A stretch of 64,000 nt of DNA from Octopus sinensis (GCF_006345805.1 NC_042998.1:20398001-20462000), one strand, 5' to 3'; positions 24,811-37,917 are shown, numbered from the stretch's first letter. Notes: generated from the letters alone by a model not told the origin. Program-made: numbers and translations.

Positions 24811-24879
24811 GCGGTGGTGCCCCAGCATGGCCGCGGCCTTCGGGCTAAAATTTTTTTTAAGGATTTAAGGATTTAAGGA
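24811..24879 (+). mobile_element. Extreme 3' tip of the CR1-like LINE family seen at 35176
   Basis: GGTGCCCCAGCATGGCCGCGGCCTT...(AAGGATTT)n. Confidence 0.8.
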
Positions 24880-25046
24880 ATGGTTATGTGGTAAGTAGCT
24901 TGCTTACCAACCACATGGTTCTGGGTTCAGTCCCACTGAGTGGCACCTTGAGCAAGTGTCTTCTACTGTAGCCTCGGGCCGACCAAAGCCTTGTGAGTGG
25001 ATTTGGCAGACGGAAACTGAAAGAAGCCCGTCGTATATATTTAAGC

Positions 25047-25079
<33 letters not shown>

Positions 25080-25265
25080 TGTGTCTGTGTTTGTCCCCCC
25101 AACATCGCTTGACCGTAACTTAGCGGTTCGGTAAAAGAAACCGATAGAATAAGTACTAGGCTTACAAAGAATAAGTCCTGGGGTCGATTTGCTCGACTAA
25201 AGGCGCTGCTCCAGCATGGCCACAGTCAAATGACTGAAACAAGTAAAAGAGTAAAAGAGTAAGAG
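24880..25265 (+). mobile_element. SINE family A (small internal deletion)
   Basis: Family match. Confidence 0.85.
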
Positions 25266-25987
25266 TATACATAATAATGCTCGGGTTTGAAATTTTCTTG
25301 GCATGAAATGTCATTATGGCAATTGATGATCCAATTATGAAACTTCTTCATTGTCGCTTGAACTTCTAGAAGCAACAGCCAAATTTCACTGAAATTACAC
25401 TATATTGAGGACATTTTAGATAATGTTGTCCGAGTAGATTATGTGTGAAAAGGAAAAAAAAAGCCTATGTTTATAGCTGGATAATCGTTGGTCATGTGTC
25501 TCCTTGACCAGCGCTGACTAACGGTTAAACAACAATTCAAAATAATAAAATAATCGTGACTGAAAGAGAAAGAGAGAAAGAGTAAGAAAGACAAGACAAA
25601 AGCAAGAAAGAATAAGGATATATATATATAGGAAAAAGAATGTGATAGAAAGAGCGTGACAAATGGAATAAAGAATTTACGAAAAGATGTAGAACTATTT
25701 GCCTTGATTTCTATTTAGTTGTTTATTCGCTATATTCATTGTTTAAAGAGGAAATAAAAAACAAACATAAATAAAGTTGTAATGTAAATTAAGGAATAAT
25801 AAATATAAAATATTCGAGACAGTTTAATCAGTTGATTACTTCTTTGATCTCTTGCCAGTTTTATTGCTCTTACTTCCTTATAGCCTCCGATCAAAATATT
25901 ATTTTATGTACTAGAGTAACAACTAAACAAGATACTTTTCATGTAAGGTATCTATAGATCACTTTGAATAACTTCCCACTCGCTCGT

Positions 25988-26035
<48 letters not shown>

Positions 26036-26555
26036 CACCCTACCAATACACAATAGACAGACATACAAACAGAGGCAATTTAATTGACATAAATACGTAC
26101 GACCATAAACAACAATGCCTTCGTACATTCGTTTTTACATAAGTCTCTTATTAATTCTAATGAACAATTACAAAAACGGTCTTTCCAAAGGCACCTATCA
26201 TTAGAGGTCTCGGTAACTCCTTTAAAAAAACTGTTAGACTCAATAATTATCTGATGACAATATTTCAAGCTCTTTATTCTAAAGTAATAAATCACACTCC
26301 AGACAGGAGGAGATCACTGTACGGTTTTTAAAATTTCGAATCGCTTCTTAGGAAAGGAACGAGCGTTATAACTTGTTCTGCCTTTGAATTGTATACGCTT
26401 CTTACTGTTTAGGTCAAAGGTCAATCTTAACTGCGAAGACGTATACCCAAAGGTTCTTAATTTCAAGAGAGTGTTATCTAATGTGTCCTTCATTTTTTTT
26501 CCTAAGTTTGAATAAAATATGAGAATGTGCCTGTACGTGTGTATGAGTGTGTGTT

Positions 26556-26940
26556 GTGGAGGCACAATGGCCCAGTGGTTAGGGCAGCGGACTCGCGGTC
26601 ATAGGATCGCGGTTTCGATTCCCAAACCGGGCGTTGTGAGTGTTTATTGAGCGAAAACACCTAAAAGCTCCACGAGGCTCCGGCAGGGGATGGTGGTGAT
26701 CCCTGCTGTACTCTTTCACCACAACTTTTTCTCACTCTTACTTCCTGTTTCTGTTGTACCTGTATTTCAAAGGGCCGGCCTTGTCACTCTCTGTGTCACG
26801 CTGAATATCCCCGAGAACTACGTTAAGGGTACACGTGTCAGTGGAGTGCTCAGCCACTTACACGTTAATTTCGCGAGCAGGCTGTTCCGTTGATTCTGAT
26901 GAACCGGAACCCTCATCGTCGTAACCGACGGAGTGCTTCC
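26556..26940 (+). mobile_element. SINE family B, full length
   Basis: tRNA-like head TGGCCCAGTGGTTAGGGC...GGTTTCGATTCCC; tail CGTCGTAACCGACGGAGTG. Confidence 0.9.
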
Positions 26941-27150
26941 ACATGAATGTGTGTGTGAGAGAGGGAGGGGTGGGAAACTGAGGGGAACAGAGAAAGTACG
27001 AGAGAGAGCAGAAGAAGAGAGGGGGAAGGAAAGGAGAGTGTTTTTTGGCTGCTATTTCTAGTGGAGAGATTTTCTTGCTCGCTCATCCATTTTAGTTCTA
27101 AAGAAAAGAGTATTGACAACTCTACTCATGACAGCAGATCCTGTATCGCT

Positions 27151-27450
27151 ACTCTCTTTTACTCGTTTCAGTCATTTGACTGCGGCTATGCTGGAGCACC
27201 ACATTTAGTCGAGCGAATCGACCCCAGGACTTATTCTTTGGAAGCCTAGTACTTATTCGATCGGTTTCTTTTGCCGAACCACTAAGTTACGGGGATGCAA
27301 ACACACCAGCATCGGTTGTCAAGCGATGTTGGGGGGACAAACACAGACACACAAACATATACACCACACACACACACACAGGTATATATATATACCCGGA
27401 ACCATGTTGTTCGTAAGCAAGCTACTTACTACACAGCCACTCCTACGCCT
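27151..27450 (-). mobile_element. SINE family A (internally deleted)
   Basis: Family match. Confidence 0.8.
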
Positions 27451-27879
27451 ATGTATAATACAAAGATATGTTGAATGTAAGGTTCTCTTCTTTCAAAACT
27501 CACCTTAAAAATTCTTGCTCCTGGGAAGTTTCTCTGCAAGATGAAGACCTGGGAAGCTTTTCAGGAAATGCAGTTAGAGATGCATGCAACAGATAATATC
27601 CAAGTGGGTTGGCAAGATCGATAAATCTTGACCACCGGTGTGCATGAACAGATACTGCAAAAGATCCTGCACAGCATCTGATGTTCTAACGGCTCCGGCA
27701 ATTCACCGATCTAGATTGATACTTTATTTATCGAACCCGAAAAGAAAGAATGCAAAATCGATCTTGGGATTTGATCTCAGAGCGCAGACATTCGGAAGAA
27801 AATTTACATGGTATTAAAGCTCAATTATTTCAAAAGAAGATTCTACCTGTTTTCCAGATCTTTCGTACTTCATTTTATT

Positions 27880-28300
27880 TCGTCAAAGAGGAATTTGGTT
27901 CTGAATAACTGCTTATTTTCAACCTGCCTCGACTGAAAATTTCTCATGTCACTACGCACATGATAATCAATCTTTTCCTCGATAAATCGAGCGAATTGGG
28001 AAGCCAGAAATTGGGCCTGATAAAATCGCAGAAATTTCCCGACAACCACTTCTGACTCTTGCAAAGAACTGGATCCAGCAGCCACACATGTAGCCTTCCA
28101 ACAGCAACCCTCTCCAGTAGGACTTGACCACAATCCCGAGTAGCTTCAAACAGCCGACCGAATAGAGCCTTATGCCCTTTTCAAAGATGTCGGGTTGCAT
28201 GACATCACCATATTTGGAGATACGCCCAAAGACCAGCACAGTTTGAGGGAACTTGGTTCTAATGATGACCATGTCATGTCTTACTGCCTTTTCAATGTTC
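27880..28300 (-). mobile_element. Degenerate Tc1/maT-like transposase fragment
   Basis: KFPQTVLVFGRISKYGDVMQP and, in another frame, KSQKWLSGNFCDFIRPNFWLPNSLDL (WPPNSPDL-like). Confidence 0.65.
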
Positions 28301-28647
28301 ACATGTATGTATGTATGTATGTACCCTACCCAGAGCCATCCCCTGCAAAATCAGCTTAGAAGAGAACCCTATCTACAAGTGATGACGAGAATCAATCCCA
28401 AATCATATGTTCTATTTTTCATTCTATTTTCTTTACACATACATAATATTTTGTAATATCTTTCAGTTTGTACTTTGTTCAAAATAGTGGTTAATATAAT
28501 TTATTCTAAGGGCGGTAGATTGACAGAATCGTTAGCATGGGTTTATAAGGCAAGGGTTTATTTACGTCTTTCAACGTTCTTATATCGAAACCCCTGCATT
28601 CCGTCGGTGTTGGCAAAAGCATTCATCCTATTCGGATTCGATTAAAG

Positions 28648-29260
28648 ACTCCGCCGGTTACGACGACGAGGGTCCCAGCTGATACGATCAACGGAACAGC
28701 TTGCTCGTGAAATTAACGTGCAAATGGCTGAGCATTCCACAGACACGTGTACCCTTAACGTAGTTCTCGGGGATAATCAGCGTGACACAGAGAGTGACAA
28801 GGCTGACCCTTTGAAATACAAGTACAACTCATTTTTGCCAGCTGAGTGGACTGGAGCAACATGAAATAAAGTGTCTTGCTCAAGGACACAACGCGTCGCC
28901 GGAAATCGAACTCACAACCTTACGATCATGAGCCGAATGCCCTAACCACTAAGCCACACCAGTCATACATTATGAACGGCTGTAGTCGACTATATTAAAA
29001 ATAAATAAAAACGCGCCCTTTTAAAGCCTAGCCAGGCTCATGGGCCCGGTTTCCCGGTTTCAATGGCGTATGTGTTCCCCCAGCTGGACGGTACGCCGGT
29101 CCCTCGCAGCGTTACTCATTTTTGCCAGCTGAGTGGATTGGAACAACGTGAAATGAAGTGTTTTGCTCAAGAACACAACGCGTCGCCCGGTCCAGGAATC
29201 GAAACCACAATCTTAGATCATGATGCTGGCGCCCTAACCACTAAGCCACGCGCCTCCACA
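28648..29260 (-). mobile_element. Two adjacent SINEs (family B variant 28648-28960; family D 29010-29260)
   Basis: tRNA-like heads; family D also at 50228-50478. Confidence 0.8.
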
Positions 29261-29286
29261 GTCGACTATATTGCACTCCCAAAAAC

Positions 29287-29325
<39 letters not shown>

Positions 29326-29774
29326 CTCTGAGTGTTAGTTGTCGTGTACTTCTGTTAGAAATCAATGATTTATGCTTGCAATTTATTCATATTATGATAA
29401 ATTCAGTTATTCATGGTTTGTAATTTGTTTTCATATTGAGGTTGAGGGTTAATACTTGTCTATACATTGAATCAATATAATATCTTATAAAATTAGATAT
29501 TAGCAGGAGAAAGAGTAGTTCTGCACATGATTTCCAGACGTTACACGTGACGGTCGTGACAAGTTAACGGTTAAGTAAACAACTGGACACCTCTATAGTA
29601 ATTATAATCGGGTCGGCGTTACACTTCCTTGCATAGCAAATAACTTCTTTGTCCAGTGAGTTAGAGACGTGTCGTTCGATTCCGGTCGAGGAATTACTCA
29701 TTTCTTTTCCTTTTGTTCTCTGCTTTATTGTCTTTTTATTTCCAATCTAATATTATTTTTGTCTTTTGTTATTG

Positions 29775-30190
29775 TTGTTGCTGGTTTGTTTGTTTGTTTG
29801 TTTGTTGAGCGAAGCGGTCTTCGTTCCAGAGCTCGCAAGATCGCGCCTCTGTAGTGGGAGAAGTCCGAAACCTGGTCCTTTGCTATTCGTAAGACCCGCA
29901 GAAGAGAAAGCAGGTCAACCCCCGACACCGAGAGCATCGCCGGATGGATTGAATGCGCATCCAGGCTCAGCGGTTGCGTAGGAAGTCGGACACAAGAAAC
30001 AGGAAGAAGGAGTGAGAGAAAGTTGGGGCGAAAGAGTACAACAGGGGTCGCCACCACCCCCTGTCGGAGCATCGTGGAGCTTTTAGGTGTTTTCGCTCAA
30101 TAAACACACACAACGGCCGGTCTGGGAATCGAAACCGCGATCCTCCGACCGCGAGTCCGCTGCCCTAACCACTGGGCCATTGCGCCTCCG
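29775..30190 (-). mobile_element. Chimeric SINE: family B head with a different GC-rich tail ending in (AAAC)n
   Basis: 29995-30190 matches the B head; 29790-29990 is absent from the other B copies. Confidence 0.65.
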
Positions 30191-30436
30191 TTGTTGCTGG
30201 TTAGTCTTGAGACATCGTAATCGAGTAGATATGTGATCAACAGCATCCCAACCGTGGCCATCCCGTTCTCCTTAAAAACAAAGAAACAAAGTCCACATTA
30301 TTCAGTTCATTTTACTTGGGCTGGTGGTATGTAATTTGAAGGATATCCGGCTGTTATTTCTAGCAGACTGTGCGACCACACAGAGGGCCGTTTGTTGGTT
30401 CCTTGTCAATGTTATTATTGTTGGGATTGGTGGTAG

Positions 30437-30540
30437 TGACGGTGATGATGATGGCGGCGATGATGATGGCGGCGATGATGATGGCGGCGATGATGATGGC
30501 GGCGGTGATGGTGATCATCGTCGCCGCCGCCGCCGCCGCC
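30437..30540. repeat. (GATGATGATGGCGGC)n minisatellite that flips strand
   Basis: About four units, then ATCATCGTCGCCGCC. Confidence 0.85.
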
Positions 30541-30711
30541 GTTGTGGCGTGCTGATAGTGTTATTTCATCAAAGTCAACCTTAATGTGACACCATATATA
30601 TATATATTTGTTTATGGGCATGAAACGATCGTAGTGGTTTTACTCTTTATATTATATTAAACTTTTAATACTTTTTGATAGTATGATTGTGTATAGGGGA
30701 ATATATATATT

Positions 30712-31005
30712 ATTCAAAGGAATTCCAGCTCTGTCTGTTTTTTACGTTTTATTTATATTTTTTATAATATTAATATAGAATATATAGTATAAATAATATA
30801 TATATAGTAAAATAAAATGAAGTATTGATTGTCTTATTTAATATTTAATATTTGATATTCAATATTTCATCTATTCAATAAGGCAATCAATACTTCATTT
30901 CACTTTACTATATATACTATTTATACTATATATTCTATATTCTACATTAATATTATAAAAAATATAAATAAAACATAAAAAAACAGAGTTGGAATTCCTT
31001 TGAAT
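30712..31005. repeat. Fold-back inverted repeat, arms ~127 bp, ~38-bp spacer
   Basis: 30712-30838 vs 30877-31005; preceded by a half HHR at 30619-30640. Confidence 0.85.
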
Positions 31006-31073
31006 ATTATATATGTGTCTATGTGAGTGTGTGCGTGTGTGTGTGTGGGGTGGTGAGTGTGTATGATAGATAC

Positions 31074-31105
<32 letters not shown>

Positions 31106-31106
31106 A

Positions 31107-31179
<73 letters not shown>

Positions 31180-31182
<3 letters not shown>

Positions 31183-31380
31183 AGAGTTCACGAAAAAAAC
31201 AAAACAGGAAGACAAGTGGTGTATAAAAAACAAACATATATTTAGGTATAACGCTCAGGAAATTGAAATAGACTTTTACGTTTCGCGCCTACGCTCTTCT
31301 ATAGAAAGGGACACAGAAAAAACAAGGAGAGAAAAAATGCGTGTAGTGGCTACCTATCTATCATGGCGACTCATGATTAT
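31180..31380 (-). mobile_element. Penelope-like terminal fragment with a degenerate HHR-like motif (31273-31308)
   Basis: Minus strand: cttt-CTATAGA-a-gagc-gtag-gcgc-GAAAC-GT-A-aaag. Confidence 0.5.
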
Positions 31381-31557
31381 ATATTACATATATATACATA
31401 TTATACAAATATATATATATTATACATATATATATACATATATATACAAATATATATATATATACATATATATATACATATATAAATATATACATATATA
31501 TATAATATATATATATATATACATATTATATATACATATATATATACATATATATAC

Positions 31558-31623
<66 letters not shown>

Positions 31624-31683
31624 CATATATATATATACATATATATATACATATATATATATACATATATATATATATACAAT

Positions 31684-31714
<31 letters not shown>

Positions 31715-31721
31715 TATATAT

Positions 31722-31754
<33 letters not shown>

Positions 31755-31756
31755 CA

Positions 31757-32588
31757 CTAGCAGAATTGCCCGGCGTTGCTCGGGCTGAATTACTTGAAAG
31801 TACTGTAATGATTGCACTGAATGATGATGATTATTCAGGCAAATATTGATATAAGTTTACGGTGGGAGATAAGGACTTAACGATCAAACGTGTGCCATTG
31901 CATTGTTTTGGGGGAACCAAATTTCTGATGAGCATTATAGGGGCACCAACTTTAAGTTTGAGAATGTGTGGTGGTAGTCCGGGGTGCTCAAAGGAATTGA
32001 GTACCTCTATTGGATATTGATGACGTCCTCTGGGTCAGGAGTTGTATCTATAGACTGATATACATAGACTTCCCCAGGAATGAGTTTTAGCATTTCATCA
32101 TTAATATGGTGAACAGTTTTATTCCTCGGGGCCAGTATAGCCTTTTTTGCAATCCAATCCATATTCTGATAATTAGCTTGTAGATCTTGGAACACTGCAT
32201 CAGAAGGCGTCTTAACAATGGTACAAATGGAATCGATGGCAATATTACCATTTTCATCCCCTGGTATTTTGCCTTCGCCAAGTGCAATGAGGGTGTTAGG
32301 AAATGCTGCTGATGTGATATTACGTCGCATATGAGCACGCATATTGGTGTGAAGTTTGAGAGTTACTTCCCTTAATTTTAAAAAATGCATTAAAATGGGA
32401 AAAAATGATGGTAAATTATTGTAAAATCGTAGACTCATCGTAGACGCGCGCTAATACCCAGAAGGGCTCGATATGAATCACGACTATAAGATACTCGGTT
32501 TTGGTTAAACTGCATCGCAAAATGTGGGAGTAGTTAGGAATCTAAATCGGAGTAGACAGACACACAACCTTTCTTTTATATATAAAGA
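31757..32588 (-). mobile_element. Non-autonomous Helitron carrying a PIF1-type helicase fragment
   Basis: 5' TC, 3' hairpin CCCGAGCAACGCCGGG plus CTAG, A|T insertion site; AILAPRNKTV and frameshifted [19 protein letters not shown]...CNGTRL. Confidence 0.9.
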
Positions 32589-32589
32589 T

Positions 32590-33575
32590 TTTCGTCCTAA
32601 AAAACTTTGTATGGAGTGAATGGTTACCTCTATGGAAATATATACACACACATTATACATACATGTGTGTATAGATGAATATATAAATACATTTAAATAT
32701 CTATATACACTTTTGGACGATCTTTCTGCTTCTTAGAGATAACTTTAGATGTTATTTTCGTCCTAAAAAGCTTTGTGCGGAGTGAATGGTTACCTCTATG
32801 GAAATATATACACACACATTATACATACATGTGTGCATAGATGAATATATAAATACATTTAAATATCTATATACACTTTTGGACGATCTTTCTGCTTCTT
32901 AGAGATAACTTTAGATGTTATTTTCGTCCTAAAAAACTTTGTGCGGAGTGAATGGTTACCTCTATGGAAATATATACACACACATTATACATACATGTGT
33001 GCATAGATGAATATATAAATACATTTAAATATCTATATACACTTTTGGACGATCTTTCTGCTTCTTAGAGATAACTTTAGATGTTATTTTCGTCCTAAAA
33101 AACTTTGTGCGGAGTGAATGGTTACCTCTATGGAAATATATACACACACATTATACATACATGTGTGCATAGATGAATATATAAATACATTTAAATATCT
33201 ATATACACTTTTGGACGATCTTTCTGCTTCTTAGAGATAACTTTAGATCTTATTCGTCCTAAATAACTTTGTATGGAGTGAATGGTTACCTCTATGGAAA
33301 TATATACACACACATTATACGTACATGTGTGTGTGTCTATATACAATTTGGGCGCGACTGCTACTTAGAGATAACTTTAGATGTTATTTTCGTCTAAAAA
33401 ACTTTGTGCGGAGTGAATGGTTACCTCTATGGAAATATATACACACACGTTATACATACATGTGTTTATAGATGAATATATAAATACATTTAAATATCTA
33501 TATACACTTTGGGCGATCTTTCTGCTTCTTAGAGATAACTTTAGATGTTATATTCGTCCTAAATAACTTTGTATG
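32590..33575. repeat. Satellite-like tandem repeat, ~166-bp unit, six units plus the start of a seventh
   Basis: CGTC(C)TAAA starts at 32593, 32759, 32925, 33091, 33255, 33391 and 33555. Confidence 0.95.
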
Positions 33576-34439
33576 AATTGAAAAAGTAATGAATTGAAAT
33601 TCTAAAAGAAAGGAATTTGTTTACATACATGTGTAAAATGGCAAATGTTTGTGCAGTTGTCCGATGGAACTGATGTATTATAATGAATAGTCCTTCTTCT
33701 TGTGAATATTAATTTGATTAATATGAACTGAAAACCAGTGGTGTAGCATAGGTGATCTTCTAACAAAAAGGATGACCAGTCTGAATGGGTCGTCCCTGTC
33801 ACACACACACACATGCGCGCGCACCCTCACACACACGCACATACACACACAGATACACACGCACACACACACGTTAGCTTACAATGTCTGTCAACAATTG
33901 ACACTGTCGTATATATTAGCGTGTCTATGTGTCTAAAGAGGAAGTGGAAGTAATAGGCAGAGTAAAGGCTTCAAAGTGAAATGTTAAAGTATTGAGTTTT
34001 CTCGAATTTTGTCTTAATTGGGGGTGAAATTGAAAGAAATTTTGTATGGCATGAACCAATGGAATTTCTTGGAAAAATCATAGGTAAAGTCTAATTGAAG
34101 AAATTGTGTGAGGAGTAAATCATTATGTATTTATTTGTTTCTGTTTGCTGCTTTCTTTTTAAATATTACATCTAGTTTCACTTTATTCGTTGCACACTGT
34201 GTGTGTGCGTTTGCGTGTGCTGTAAACCAGACTAAGAAAACATTTGACATACACACCAGAATGTGAGTTTTCTGTAAATTTTGCTTAATTGGAGTTTAAA
34301 TTTTAGAAACTGGACCTGGCATGACCCGATGCATTCTACTCTTAAAAATGCTAGGTAAATTGTAATTGAAGAAATCCTATATTGTAGATTTCTATAACTT
34401 ACAAAGGGAGGCAGATAAAATCTGCCTTTTATAATAAGA

Positions 34440-34449
34440 GATATATATA

Positions 34450-34487
<38 letters not shown>

Positions 34488-34488
34488 C

Positions 34489-34523
<35 letters not shown>

Positions 34524-34529
34524 ACATAC

Positions 34530-34588
<59 letters not shown>

Positions 34589-34590
34589 CA

Positions 34591-34657
<67 letters not shown>

Positions 34658-35175
34658 TTATATATATATATATACAATATACATATATATACACACATAA
34701 TATACAAATCTACATATATATTATACATATATATATATTATATATATATACAAATATACTATATATATACATATATATATAATATATATATATACAAATA
34801 TACATATATATATACAATATATATATAAAAATATACATATATATATATACATATATATACACACATATATATATACAAATATAACATATATATATTATAT
34901 ATACACACATATATATATATACAAATATACATATATATATATACATATATATACACACATATAATATATACAAATATACATATATATATATACATATATA
35001 TACACACATATATATATATACAAATATACATATATATATATACATATATATATACATATATATATACATACATATATACATATATATTACGCACATATAT
35101 ATATACATATATACATATATATACATATATATATATACATATATATACATATACATATATATACATATACATATA
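34440..35175. repeat. Long degenerate (TA/TACA)n microsatellite
   Basis: Direct reading. Confidence 0.95.
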
Positions 35176-36980
35176 TCCTTAAATCCTTAAAAATGTTTTA
35201 GCCCTAAGGCCGCAGCCATGCTGAGGCACCACCGCTGAATGAGCTACACTAATATGTGAATCCACCTCTGATACGTGGCACTTGATCAACAAGGGAGTTC
35301 GATGCTGCTGCCCGCATCTGCGTCTCCTGTCGTGAGGTAGGTTCATCTGGGACTCCCGACAAGAAGAGATCCAGTTTAGTTTTAAAGAAACCCATATCCA
35401 CACCATGTAAGTCTCTCAGGCATTTAGGGAGGATGTTAAAGAGCTGTGATCCTCTGAAACCCAAGCTGTTGCAGTATCTGGACCTGTATTTTGATGATGA
35501 TGTTGGAATCTTTGGCACCATGCAGTGGCGCCCCGTTCTGCGGTTGGGGTAACTTTGAATACCAAAGTTTGGGACAAGACTCTCCAGGATTTTCCAGATG
35601 TATATCACCGCATATCTCTCCCGCCTCCGCTCTAGGGAGAAGAGGTTTAATACTTTCAGTCTTTCCCAGTAGCTGATATTTTGCATTGAGACGATCTTCG
35701 TTGTGTAGCTTCTCTGAATTGCTTCGTGTTCTGCTGTTAGTTTTATATTGTGTAGTGACCATAGTTGGGAGCAGTAGTCCAAGCGGCTGAGGACGAATGT
35801 TTTCCAGGGGACCATCAGTGTCTCCTTCTCTCTTGTTCTGAAAGTTAGGAGAATCCATCCAGCTAGCCGTCTGCATTTTATCACCAGATTAGTAATATGC
35901 ACTTGGAAAGATGCATCATTGCTCATGTCAATGCCTAGGTCACGCACTGATTTTGACTCAGGGATTGCAATTCTTCCTGGGCCAGTGTATCCAGTCTGCA
36001 CGTCGTTTACCTTTGTGTACCGGTAGCGCAGGGCCTGGAACTTACCTGCATTAAACTGCATGTTGTTGTCTTCCGCCCACCTGTATATTGTATCCAACTC
36101 CTGTTGCAGATACGCAATATTTTCAGGGTTTTGTATTGTGTGGGAGACTTTTGTGTCATCTGCATAGCTAGCAAGGGTGGCCATCATAGCAACTGAAGGC
36201 ATGTCTGAAAGGGCCAATATGAACAGTAGTGGCCCCAAGACAGTGCTCTGAGGAACACCGCTTGTTATTTGTGTTTCCTTGGAGGTGGCTCCATTACTCA
36301 CAACTGCCTGTCTTCTGTCTTTTAGGAAGTTGTGCAGCCACTCTCCAAGTTTTCCGCCTATGCCAAGACCACGCAGTTTGTGACAGATCATACCATGGTC
36401 GACTTTATCAAAGGCTTTTGCAAAGTCGAGATATATTACATCCACATTTGAGCCATTTAGTAGCTGTTTTAACACCCAGTCATAGTGTTGCAGGAGCTGT
36501 GTTAGGCAGCTTCTACCTGGTCGAAATCCATGCTGGGTGTCAGACAGCAAGTCATTTTCTTCAAGGAACATGATTAGTTTCTTGCGGATTATTCGTTCCA
36601 TGACTTTGCTGATATGTGAGGTCAGAGAGATAGGCCTATAATTTTTAGCATCTGCTCTGCTACCTCCCTTATGGATATGGCATATTACCCCCTCTTTCAA
36701 TTTGACTAGGAGCTTACCACTTGCAAGAAATCTCTGAAAAAGAAGCTGTAGCGGTTTTGCAAGGCCTTGTTTGCACGATTTGAGAAGGATCGCTGGAAAT
36801 CCATCAGGTCCAGCAGCTGAGTTTGTGTCAATCTCATCTATGGCTAGTGTGATATCATCATCTTCAATGTTGATGTACTCAATTTTTGCCTCTTTGGCCG
36901 CAGGTAAAGTGGCAAAGAATTCTTCTGGGTTGTTTACTTGCCTGTGTCCTAGAGGTGTAGTGAACACACTTTGGAATTGT
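35176..36980 (-). mobile_element. 5'-truncated CR1/L2-like LINE with an uninterrupted RT ORF (35249-36967, 572 aa)
   Basis: YRPISLTS, YLDFAKAFDKVDH, GVPQSTVLGPLLF, YADDTK; (AAGGATTT)n tail; inserted in a TA microsatellite. Confidence 0.95.
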
Positions 36981-37040
36981 TATATACATATATATACATA
37001 TACATATATATATACATATATATACATATACAATATATAT

Positions 37041-37092
<52 letters not shown>

Positions 37093-37457
37093 TATATATA
37101 ATATATATATATAACTCGTCCTTTTATATCTTTTCATAGTTCTTACACGAGTACATCCAAATTAGAACGCAATTTTCGTGATTAGATAATTTTGCGTCTA
37201 TTTTCAGCATGTAAGGAAACCACTTAGTGGCTTTCCTCTTCTACTTGACTATAATTTACAGCCCTTTGACCTTTTTCACGCATGCTGGCCACTGGTATAA
37301 ATTGCTTTTTTTTCATAATAATTTTTACCCTTTGTGTATATATATATATATATAATTAATCAATATAGGGTGGCAAAAAAAATTTTGTAGAATTTTTTTG
37401 CCACCAGCGGCCTAGTGGGAAAAAATTAAATAGTCATATACCATTTTTAAGTTCAAC

Positions 37458-37893
37458 ATCACAATCAAGGAACGGCCATAATAGGCCATTCACCCACTAG
37501 AAATAACAGCCAAAAGCTTTAACCGCAAAATAACATCAATTCCGTAAACCAGGAGAAAATTTAAAAAACATTTACCCTGTAATTTCTTATACGATGCACC
37601 GTTTCGTCTACTGTTTAATGGTAAACTAATCTGATTAAATTAAATCAAGCCAATCTACCAAATCTACCAATCTACCAATCTACCAATCTTTGGTAGATTG
37701 GCTTGATTTAATTTAATCAGATTAGTTTACCATTAAACAGTAGACGAAACGGTGCATCGTATAAGAAATTACAGGGTAAATGTTTTTTAAATTTTCTCCT
37801 GGTTTACGGAATTGATGTTATTTTGCGGTTAAAGCTTTTGGCTGTTATTTCTAGTGGGTGAATGGCCTATTATGGCCGTTCCTTGATTGTGAT
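37458..37893. repeat. Essentially perfect fold-back palindrome, arms 205 bp, 26-bp spacer of CAATCTAC repeats
   Basis: 37458-37662 vs 37689-37893; no mismatch seen. Confidence 0.95.
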
Positions 37894-37917
37894 ATATATA
37901 TATATATATATATATAT

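Noticed and set aside
26405-26505. Possible ~97-nt minus-strand exon (TTAG acceptor, GTAAGA donor)
   Set aside because: Weak polypyrimidine tract and unrecognisable peptide
26556-26630. tRNA-like sequences (also ~30115-30190, ~39690-39755 and others)
   Set aside because: They continue into shared SINE bodies and tails, so they are SINE heads rather than tRNA genes
32590-33575. GAAAGATCGTC on the minus strand of the satellite resembling an HHR 3' half
   Set aside because: No CUGANGA core or stems
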